Assembly: GCA_029856435.1 (NCBI GenBank)
Contig: JAHQXB010000002.1
Coordinates: 1 to 19,021 of the forward strand
DNA: 19,021 nt
From: Candidatus Jordarchaeia archaeon
GTDB taxonomy: Archaea > Asgardarchaeota > Jordiarchaeia > Jordiarchaeales > Jordiarchaeaceae
Reading direction: 5' to 3'
This document shows positions 8,221 to 15,885 of this stretch, piece after piece (position 1 is the stretch's first letter; every line of letters begins with the position of its first letter). The translations under genes and the position numbers were made by a program. Under the pieces are notes generated by a model. It saw only the letters and a list, made by a program, of their open reading frames with translations. It was not told the DNA's origin and searched no databases.

Positions 8221-9609
8221 CTATTCCCACGGCCAGCGATGGAATGCCTCGTAAGCCAGCAGCCCGAAAAGCACAACAGTCAAAAGCCAAGCAAACAACA
8301 AAGAATGTCCAACAAACTCAGCAAGTCCCTCAAAGTAAAGCCCAAACACAATGAAAAGATACGTATATGAGGGTATCATGGCGCCAACTCCCCAGAAGAA
8401 TAGGTACAGTGCTTCTAGTCCGCTCATTGGTACTAGTAGGTTTCCTCCCATGAGTGGGACGGCCCATCCTGGATTAACCATAAACAGGTAGTACACTATT
8501 GTTCCCACTACAAAGGCAGTAATGACTAGACCTATGTTTCCTTTAGTACCCCATTTATTCCACGGCCACATCTGGAAGGCAAGCTGCCCAGCCAACAGAG
8601 TTACCAATGGGAACGCCACATAAGCCGCAACCACCGCATGGCTGGTGTAGGTGAATGTGAATAGCCATGGTACTGCTCCCGAAATTAGCAAGGTTTGTGA
8701 TGATGGGTTCAAGGCATAGGTGATGATGAACCACATGGCAACCCCCAGTACGATTGCAATTAGGAAGAGTAGTAAGCCTCTCTTGGGTTGAGCTATTTTT
8801 CCTGCCCAGGGATTAATTATGCTAATTATTGTTGCTCCAACGATGATGCTTAAGAGAAGCGAATTCCAATAGTCGTAGGGTTCGAAGGGAAGCAGGGGCA
8901 TTAACGGTATACCCATAACATACTGTGTGAACGCGCTTTGGATTCCATATACTCCCCAGATTATTTTATTTACAACATGGTATATGGCGATGGCGAGTAT
9001 CCAAGAAATTATGGCGTAGGTTCCACCCTTAATTAGCGGGTGCATTCCCATCCTCTTGGGTGTTGCGAAGGGCCAGTAGTTGAAGAGTGTAACCCATATT
9101 GGGAATACTAAGAAGCCTGAAGTACCCAGAATGATCATTTCGTAGCCCTTCATTCCCACAATAATTGCTAATATGTACCACGTTATATATGCTAGAATCG
9201 CTGAGGCTACTAATACTCCAAGGCCCGCCCATGGTTGTCTCTTTAGGGGTGCTACTGGTACCCAGAGAGTTAGGAAGGCGATGGTGAATACCCACACGAT
9301 GCAGAATATGAAGTACGGGATCCAATCAACAAGATAACCCAGAGGATACAACGCCATATACATTGGATTGTTAAGTGATAGTAGAAGGCCGAGACTCAGA
9401 CCTTGTGCGCCTAGAAGACCCTCCAACCCTAATGCCATAACCATCGCATTGTATTTGACCATGTGTGTTGCAAGACCCCACACCGGGTGTAGGAACCACT
9501 GGTAAACGATGTACGCCATCATTAGCACTGTTCCAAATACTAGGAATCCCAGCCATGGTTGCTTGAATTTCGGAGCTGCTTCGACCACTTCTTTAGCTTT
9601 TTTTGCCAT
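8221..9609 (-). CDS. Uncharacterised polytopic membrane protein / putative transporter (462 aa, roughly 11-12 TM segments)
   Basis: Almost entirely hydrophobic helices, with recurring QPWxG and WP[FW] motifs. The SD-like AGGAGG...AGAGG precedes ATG 9609. Confidence 0.85.
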   Translation of the reverse strand: MAKKAKEVVEAAPKFKQPWLGFLVFGTVLMMAYIVYQWFLHPVWGLATHMVKYNAMVMALGLEGLLGAQGLSLGLLLSLNNPMYMALYPLGYLVDWIPYFIFCIVWVFTIAFLTLWVPVAPLKRQPWAGLGVLVASAILAYITWYILAIIVGMKGYEMIILGTSGFLVFPIWVTLFNYWPFATPKRMGMHPLIKGGTYAIISWILAIAIYHVVNKIIWGVYGIQSAFTQYVMGIPLMPLLPFEPYDYWNSLLLSIIVGATIISIINPWAGKIAQPKRGLLLFLIAIVLGVAMWFIITYALNPSSQTLLISGAVPWLFTFTYTSHAVVAAYVAFPLVTLLAGQLAFQMWPWNKWGTKGNIGLVITAFVVGTIVYYLFMVNPGWAVPLMGGNLLVPMSGLEALYLFFWGVGAMIPSYTYLFIVFGLYFEGLAEFVGHSLLFAWLLTVVLFGLLAYEAFHRWPWE

Positions 9610-9660
9610 TCCTCTCTTGTCCTCCTTCTTTTTTTAAGCTTCGTGGTGGAAGCTTTATTT

Positions 9661-9930
9661 TGTTATTGTGTTTTTAATATATATATTTTTGGGAAAAAAA
9701 TATTTAGATTATTTAACATATTTTATTATAAGAAAGATAAAAAATATATTTTATTTAAATTTTTTAAAAAAATATGCTTTTTAAAATATATATTACGTTA
9801 TAACTACTTTATGTTTGAATAATAATTTACATATTAGCGCAATATTTATCTTTACCAAACCCTTAAGAAAATAAATAAAAATTCAAAAATTCTCTATGAT
9901 AATTAGAAAAAAATCGAAAATTCTCTTAAC
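9661..9930. promoter_or_regulatory. Extremely AT-rich upstream region (~15% GC) containing the membrane-protein promoter
   Basis: Hand count gives 40 G+C in 270 nt. TATA-like AATATATATATT at 9676-9687, with several AT palindromes (9741-9752, 9785-9794). Confidence 0.6.
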
Positions 9931-10062
9931 TTTTTACTCCACCAGCACTTCCAATTGAAACCACAAATAAATCAGGGACTTCCTTTAAAAAACCGCCAGC
10001 GGGAAAAACTTATCAAAAGTAAACTCCAATCCTCTGAAAACTTTACATGTTACACACCCTTT

Positions 10063-11325
10063 TTAGTAATATTTAAGTGTGTGTTTCATGGGGGGCAGTC
10101 TTCGCTCCTTGGAGGCTTTCCTTCTTTCTTGTCCCTCGATAGCCTTTCTTCTTGCTTCCTCACTTAGACACTGGTCTAAGAAAATCTTGTAAAAATCCTG
10201 CCCACTTGGCGGGCACCCTGGGAGAAATACTCCCTTTTCTCTGTTTCTGGCCTGGCAATTCCCCACAATGTACACTCTTCCACGAGCGCTCTTTGGGACT
10301 TCTCCATCTGTTCCCATAACAAGTGTGAAGGGTTCCGTTTCCCCTTCTGTATAGTTGGTGACCACCCACACAATACCAACCGTTGCGTTTAGGCAGCCCG
10401 AGCAGTAATCTGTTCCACATATTTCCATTTTGCCGTCGATTCCCATAGCTTGAGAATAGTACTCTCCCGCCTCTTCTATCTTGCAGCAGTGTTTGAAATC
10501 TGAAACTATAGCGTTTTCCAGTTTTTCTCCCCGTATCTCAATTTTTCCTATGTCTATTTCGCCGAAGCCTTGTTCGCTTGCGATTCTGAGATGCTCAACC
10601 TCCCGGGGATTAATGGTCATTATGGTTGCGGCTACACTGTCTGTGGATATGACGTTGTCACCCGCAATTAGCAGGTTAGTCTTTCTTGGAAGTCCCCAAG
10701 TTGGTCCAAGGAACTCGTGGCTAACTATACCATCAATTATTGTAAGTCCGGGATTCAGTTTCTGGGCTAGAAGCGCAATTAGGCGGTGTATTCCCTCTCT
10801 ATGTATTTTAGCCTTGGACTCAAAGTCAATGGAACCCACCGCAATGTTTTTCGCTCCAAGGGATACGGTACATAGGATGTGAGTTTTCATTGATGGGACA
10901 TTAATAATGAAGTCGCAGTCGCTAAACACCTTGCTCAAATTTACCTCGACTCCGCCGATTTCCACTTTTTCAAATTCACCCGTATCCATATTGTATATTT
11001 CCCCGCCAATTTCTGGAATGCTCTTCGTAAGTCCAAAGGCCTCATATACCCTATCCACTTTAACTCCATACATTCCGCTCTCGGCAACTATCACTCTACC
11101 CACGCCGTTATCCTTTAAAATTTTGACAAGGGCGGTTACCAATTTTGGATCAGTTGCTATACTCTCCTGAATCGCAGCTGGGTAGCCAAGATGAAGGCTT
11201 CCAAAATTGGGTTTAATCACAACAGTGTCATAATTGAAGATCTTGTCCTCCAAATCCAAAGTCTTGAGAATTTCCCAAACTGATTCTTCGTAGAATCCTC
11301 TGAACCTAAATATGCCAACCGCCAA
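10063..11325 (-). CDS. DUF362-domain Fe-S protein (COG2006-like) with a Cys-rich C-terminal domain
   Basis: VVIKPN, TDPKLV.ALV, INVPSMKTH...VSLGAKN and IIDGI, plus C-terminal CSGC, GNC and PGCPP. TTG start with GGAGG. Confidence 0.85.
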   Translation of the reverse strand: MAVGIFRFRGFYEESVWEILKTLDLEDKIFNYDTVVIKPNFGSLHLGYPAAIQESIATDPKLVTALVKILKDNGVGRVIVAESGMYGVKVDRVYEAFGLTKSIPEIGGEIYNMDTGEFEKVEIGGVEVNLSKVFSDCDFIINVPSMKTHILCTVSLGAKNIAVGSIDFESKAKIHREGIHRLIALLAQKLNPGLTIIDGIVSHEFLGPTWGLPRKTNLLIAGDNVISTDSVAATIMTINPREVEHLRIASEQGFGEIDIGKIEIRGEKLENAIVSDFKHCCKIEEAGEYYSQAMGIDGKMEICGTDYCSGCLNATVGIVWVVTNYTEGETEPFTLVMGTDGEVPKSARGRVYIVGNCQARNREKGVFLPGCPPSGQDFYKIFLDQCLSEEARRKAIEGQERRKASKERRLPPMKHTLKYY

Positions 11326-11371
11326 AGACTTGTCCTCCGCTCAGAGAATCTCAGACAGACAATTAATCTAA

Positions 11372-11388
11372 AATTTATAACCTTTATC
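11372..11388 (-). promoter_or_regulatory. BRE-TATA promoter of the DUF362 gene
   Basis: The minus strand reads GATAAAGGTTATAAATT about 50 nt upstream of the start codon. Confidence 0.55.
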
Positions 11389-11549
11389 CCAACTTAACGG
11401 AAATAATACAATAGTCCTGTTTCTCACATAGACGCATATTTTTGTTTGTAGGCTAAAGGGTAGAGAATGCTCCTTGTGGATCTACTTTCCAAATCCCAGA
11501 CCTAACATAGGAGTGGGACAGAACAGCTTGCAAAAATCACCAAAATATG

Positions 11550-11577
11550 CCCCTACTACGCTTAAAAAAAGTAGGGA
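11550..11577 (-). terminator. Hairpin with T7 tract downstream of the M29-like gene
   Basis: CCCTAC (11551-11556) pairs with GTAGGG (11571-11576). The A7 at 11564-11570 reads T7 on the minus strand. Confidence 0.5.
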
Positions 11578-11613
11578 TTATAGGAGGAACTGTGGTGGGT
11601 TGCTGCCTGTTTT

Positions 11614-12564
11614 CTAAATTAGGCATCTACCATTATCGAGTATTTTTCTCCCGTCAATTTCTAGGGTCACTTTGCTAATGACCGCATCGTGGTGAATGTT
11701 GCTCATAACCTTGCCCCCAATATTGATACTTTTCCCTATGGCGAGGTGTACTGTTCCTAGTACCATCTTATCCCCAATGGTTCCTGTGAAATTCTTGAAA
11801 ATGTGGTTGGTGCCCACCCCCAGCTCCGCAATATTGGTAGCGTTTTCGTCTGCTTCTCTAATGATTTGCTTTAACATCTCAGCTTCTTTTCCCCCACTTA
11901 TTTCCACAAGTCTTCCGTTCTTTATTGTCCACTCCATAGGCTGCTTTATGGCTCCAATTTTCTCAAAGAAAACATCTATCACCGCTTTGCCCTGAGCTGT
12001 GCCTTCTATTGGCGCCACCGCAGCCTCCGCATAAAAAGGAACAGCGCCCCACTCCCCAGGATTTCTAAAAACCGCCTTCAACTGTTGCACCGGCCGTCCC
12101 TCAATAGACATGGTTACATCCGTTCCCAGAGCCGTAGTTATGTGAGCCTTTTTGCCCTTGCCCATAATTTTGGCAAGCTTTTCAGTGAGACTCTTTATCT
12201 TTAAAACATCTTCCTCTGTTATATCCCATAGTATAAACGGTACAAGGCCCACTCTGGCTCCCGCGTCAGTGGCTCTGGCCCGCGCATCCATGTGGGCAAA
12301 TAGCTGAAGGTACTTTAAATCCAATACAGCCAATATAACTTCGCTTGAGAGCATCAAATCCACAATTTCTTTTGGAGGTTCAACCTCCATCTCCGAGTTC
12401 TTAACAACCTTTATAATTGGCTTAGCTCCCAACGCCGAAACTTCGGAAGCAAGTATCTCCGCAGTTTCCTCAAAACCTTCCTGAGTAACAAGCAACACCT
12501 TTTCTCCGGACTTAACTCCCATACAAGTTTCCACAATGACTCTGGCTCCCTTCTTAGATTTCAA
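11614..12564 (-). CDS. M29/aminopeptidase T-fold metalloenzyme (leucyl aminopeptidase-like)
   Basis: GVKSGEKVLLVT, AEAAVAPIEGTAQG, NIAELGVGTN, GTVHLAIG and SNIHHD. The true start is probably TTG 12564 (GGGGTGA SD; TATA at ~12598-12606), not 12618. Confidence 0.8.
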   Translation of the reverse strand: MKSKKGARVIVETCMGVKSGEKVLLVTQEGFEETAEILASEVSALGAKPIIKVVKNSEMEVEPPKEIVDLMLSSEVILAVLDLKYLQLFAHMDARARATDAGARVGLVPFILWDITEEDVLKIKSLTEKLAKIMGKGKKAHITTALGTDVTMSIEGRPVQQLKAVFRNPGEWGAVPFYAEAAVAPIEGTAQGKAVIDVFFEKIGAIKQPMEWTIKNGRLVEISGGKEAEMLKQIIREADENATNIAELGVGTNHIFKNFTGTIGDKMVLGTVHLAIGKSINIGGKVMSNIHHDAVISKVTLEIDGRKILDNGRCLI

Positions 12565-12595
12565 AACAATCACCCCTATCCACCCCAAGTCGAAA

Positions 12596-12612
12596 GTAAT
12601 ATAAACAATTTT
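12596..12612 (-). promoter_or_regulatory. BRE-TATA promoter of the M29-like gene
   Basis: The minus strand reads GAAAATTGTTTATATTA about 35 nt upstream of TTG 12564. Confidence 0.55.
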
Positions 12613-12733
12613 CCCCACTCCAAAAATAGTAAGTTAGGAATAAAGAAGATTTATCAAAGCCTTTTTATGGGACATAATTAAACTATTCCCCTCAAGAGCG
12701 GGAATGTTTTTTCACTTACTTTAAAATGATAGT

Positions 12734-12900
12734 TGAAGCTTTGGCTGACATGTGTGAGCCTCCCCTGACTGAAGTAAGGGGCTTCCAGCGTTCGCCTGAA
12801 ACTTTAAGCTTTCAGCTACATCTGCCGGTTCAAGGGGCTCACTCATCCTACATCCCATAGAGCTCATTACCCTAATGGGCTACATTTATACATGCGTTCA
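12734..12900 (-). ncRNA. Predicted omegaRNA (right-end RNA) of the decayed tnpB element
   Basis: In IS200/IS605 elements the 3' end of tnpB plus the right end forms the scaffold and the flank forms the guide (here ACATGTCAGCCAAAGCTTCA). The 5' boundary is approximate and expression is unknown. Confidence 0.35.
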
Positions 12901-13977
12901 GATCTCGGTCGTATTCCATTCCACAGTTTTTGGCATTTGTATATCCTTCCCTTTACATGGACAACATGCCCGCATCTGTTACATGTTTTTGAGGTGTTCT
13001 TTGTTTCCTTCTTCGTCAGGTGTTTGACTTCTATCCCTTATAATAGGGCTTTGTATTTTATGATTGTTTGGAGCCTTCTGAAAGGGTAGTGAGCGGAACC
13101 GCTTGTTAAGTTTTTTGGACTTAAGTTTCTTCGTATTCCCTTCAGATTCTCTATGGCTATCACGGCCTTTGGGAACTGCTTGGCATAAGCGATTATCTGA
13201 TTTGCTATTATGTGGAGCTGCTGGTTTACTTTGCCTCTCTTTGCCCTTTAAGCTCCCTTAATCTTTCCAACTCTATGCTTCCCCTGTAGTTTCCTTCCGA
13301 TGTGGCTTTAGAGACCCCATATCCTTTTTATTTCTTCGCCACGCCAGAACTGTCCCTTCAATGGGCTTTTCTGGATTACACCTTGAGATGGCGACTCTAC
13401 GGCTAAGTTGCGCTACCCCCTGTCTATGGCTACTACTGTTTCAGGCTCATCTGGCGGTTCAACGTTTTTCCACAGGACAAAATGGGCGTACCACCTGCCG
13501 CATCGCTTAACCATCTCGACAGCCGTAAACTTCCATTCTCCCCTGAAGGCTTCTTCAATCCTCTGTTTCTTTTTCTCACCAAAGATTATTGGCAGGCTAA
13601 CATCTTCCCTTTTGTTTAGGCTCAAAGTAAGCCAGTACGGTGTTGGGGGCGTTTGTGGTTTTTGAGAAGCTGTAGCACCTTTTTTCAAAACGTATTGAAA
13701 TCTTAAGTCTCAGAAAGCTGCCTTCCCCTGCTTTCCTCAAAGCTTTTCAGCGCTTCAACAGCTCTATCTCTAGCTTTTTGAATTAAAGCAGTGAAGTTGG
13801 TGAGCCGCTTAGCATTTTCATAGCCGTTCTCGTGGAGGAACCTTTTAGATTTTGAGAAGCCGAAATACCACCCTACAGGCTAAGTACTCATGCAGGGTTC
13901 TATTTAAGGCTAAAACCTTCACCCATTAAGGCTTGAAAACCTTTCCTACAACCGTCAACCCGAACATCCTTCTGCAT
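12754..13977 (-). pseudogene. tnpB: RNA-guided endonuclease TnpB pseudogene (many stops and frameshifts)
   Basis: Reconstructable across frames from ATG 13977: RuvC-I VAIDRG*, RuvC-II AVIAIENLKGIR, KYKALL*GIEV, zinc finger CNRCG...YKC/KNCG, RuvC-III DRDLNACINVA. ORF 13413..13688 is one fragment. Confidence 0.9.
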
Positions 13978-14071
13978 GGGAACATCCCTAAAAGCTTTTT
14001 AGATTTAGGATATTTAAGTTTGCCAATTCATCCCCTAACTTAAGTTAGGGGGTTTTCTGGGCACCTTTTTT
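12754..14071 (-). mobile_element. IS200/IS605-superfamily element, IS1341-type (tnpB only, no tnpA), degenerate
   Basis: Left-end perfect 20-bp palindrome CCCCTAACTTAAGTTAGGGG (14032-14051) followed by ATGAATTGGC. Right-end hairpin at 12762-12781 with the terminus ...GGGGAGGCTCAC (12754). A tnpB relic lies between. The exact left boundary is inferred from a TTTAT candidate TAM at 14072-14076. Confidence 0.88.
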
Positions 14072-14113
14072 ATAAATATGGTTTTTTAGCTTTCTACAAA
14101 GGGGGGCTTCAGC

Positions 14114-15658
14114 CTATATTTTTCCTCCAAATTTGGGATATTTTTGGAGGAGCATACCTTCCACTATTATGGGCATGGTTCTTGTTGCTATGGCGGTGGC
14201 TTCGTGGAGTTTGCTCTCCTTTTCTGCATATATGTTCAGTAGTGTGTCGCCTCTTGACACTTTATAACCAATCTTGTGGTGTAGGACTACTCCCGCTCCT
14301 TTATCTCGTGGTGCGCCAGCGGCTTGGGCAATTTTGGTTATGCTTCTGTTGTTTACTTGGGTTACGTAGCCGTCAGCCTTAGCTTCGAGGCTGGCTACAT
14401 GTTCACCGATGGGTATGTCCTCTGGCTTTATGTTTGGGTCTCCACCTTGAGCTTCAATTATTTCCCGCATCTTTTTTAACGCTTTTCCACTTCTCAATAT
14501 TTCCTTGGCGTATTCCTGACCCCTGTTTTCTTGTGCCACTCCTCCCAGTTCTAAGAGAAGCCCTGCCAGACCTGTGGCTTTCTCAAACAAGCTGGTGGGG
14601 CCTCCTCCCATTAATGCTTCCAGAGCTTCCTTGGCCTCCAGTGCTGGACCAACAGCATGTCCTACAGGCTGCCCTGCATAAGTGAATGCGCAATAAGTTG
14701 TTATCTTCAACCTTTTAGCTATCTCCACAAATAGGTTTGCAAATTTTTCAGCCTCTTCCATAGTTTCCATTTTGGTTCCCGCCCCTACTGGAATGTCTAG
14801 AACCATGTTGTCAATTCCCACAGAGTGCTTCTTTGCAATGATGCTGGCAATCATTTGAGAGGTGGGGTCTATTCTTAGGGGGTGTTCCACCTGTATTATA
14901 AGGTCGTCTGCGGGTGCCAGATTCAATGAGCCACCCCATATGATGGCTCCCCTGGTCTTTTTGACTATTCCCTTTAGCTCTTCAGCGTTAAAGCTTACTG
15001 GAGCCAGGACCTCCATGGTGTCTGCTGTCCCGCTTGGGCTAGTTATAGCTTTACTGCTGGTTTTGGGAATCAGCAAACCCGCTGCCGCAACTATGGGGAC
15101 AATTAGAAGGCTGACCTTGTTTCCGGGGACTCCTCCTATGCTGTGTTTGTCGAATGCTGGTTCGTCGAAGTCAATTTTTTCTCCTGTTTCAACCATGGAG
15201 CGGGTGAGATACTCTATTTCATCCGTATTCATACCTAGGAATTGTTGTTCTAGAACGAAGGCGGCAATTTCTAGTTCGCTTAGGTTTCCCTCAACTATGT
15301 CCTTTATGATGGTGTATATTTCTTTTTGGTTTAGGCTTTTTCCAGCCATTTTTTTGTGGATATACTCCATTGATAAAGGTATGCTTGTGGCTACTATTTC
15401 CACCGTGTCTCCTATTTGAAAGTTGAATATTTCCTTCATGGTGGGGGTTATTCCTATTTCTCCCTGTTCCACATAGGAGTCTGTTATGTTTACTATGGCG
15501 GTTAAATCTTTCTGGGCTGTTTTTATCTTTATTCGGTCGTGTGGCCTGACTCCGAAGTTCATGGCGTCACTTTTGTTAAGGAGAACGACCTTGTAACCTG
15601 TTAAAATATCTACCAGTTTTACTTTCAGTTTCAAATTTTTCCCCTTCATGAAAGCCAT
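14114..15658 (-). CDS. deoA: AMP phosphorylase (thymidine phosphorylase family; archaeal pentose bisphosphate pathway)
   Basis: N-terminal extension (VVLLNKSDA..FGVRPHDRIKI) typical of AMP phosphorylase, DKHSIGGVPGNK, IPKTSSKAITSPSGTADTMEVLAPV, and AGAPRDKGAGV. Confidence 0.93.
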   Translation of the reverse strand: MAFMKGKNLKLKVKLVDILTGYKVVLLNKSDAMNFGVRPHDRIKIKTAQKDLTAIVNITDSYVEQGEIGITPTMKEIFNFQIGDTVEIVATSIPLSMEYIHKKMAGKSLNQKEIYTIIKDIVEGNLSELEIAAFVLEQQFLGMNTDEIEYLTRSMVETGEKIDFDEPAFDKHSIGGVPGNKVSLLIVPIVAAAGLLIPKTSSKAITSPSGTADTMEVLAPVSFNAEELKGIVKKTRGAIIWGGSLNLAPADDLIIQVEHPLRIDPTSQMIASIIAKKHSVGIDNMVLDIPVGAGTKMETMEEAEKFANLFVEIAKRLKITTYCAFTYAGQPVGHAVGPALEAKEALEALMGGGPTSLFEKATGLAGLLLELGGVAQENRGQEYAKEILRSGKALKKMREIIEAQGGDPNIKPEDIPIGEHVASLEAKADGYVTQVNNRSITKIAQAAGAPRDKGAGVVLHHKIGYKVSRGDTLLNIYAEKESKLHEATAIATRTMPIIVEGMLLQKYPKFGGKI

Positions 15659-15842
15659 TTCTAAAATAACATCTGCATAGGTTTTGGGTAATCATCTTGT
15701 GGTTACTCTTTAAATGTGATTCTCAAAATTTAAGTGTTATTTCCCTTTTTGGGATGTTTAGAAAACATAGAAGCTATTATATAAGTATAGACTATTATTC
15801 GTAGGTAGAGAAAATTATTTTAAATCAAAACTCAAACAGTAG

Positions 15843-15873
15843 CCACAAAGATTTGTGGGCCGTTTCTTAACGG
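15843..15873 (+). promoter_or_regulatory. Two tandem inverted repeats in the lig leader
   Basis: CCACAAA-GA-TTTGTGG (15843-15858) and CCGTT-TCTT-AACGG (15860-15873) lie between a TATA-like element (~15812-15825) and the GAGGAGAGG SD. Confidence 0.4.
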
Positions 15874-15885
15874 AGAGGAGAGGAA

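Noticed and set aside
9949-9977. Replication origin call from an ORB-like sequence
   Set aside because: There is a single degenerate copy, its orientation does not match ORB pairs around an unwinding element, and no cdc6/orc1 is nearby. It is kept only as a caveat in the AT-island finding.
1-14071. Sequencing error as the explanation for the frameshifts in the two pseudogenes
   Set aside because: Long neighbouring genes (asnS, lig, deoA, DUF362) are intact, and the lesions are concentrated in accessory sequences and include nonsense substitutions. Read-level confirmation is still advisable.
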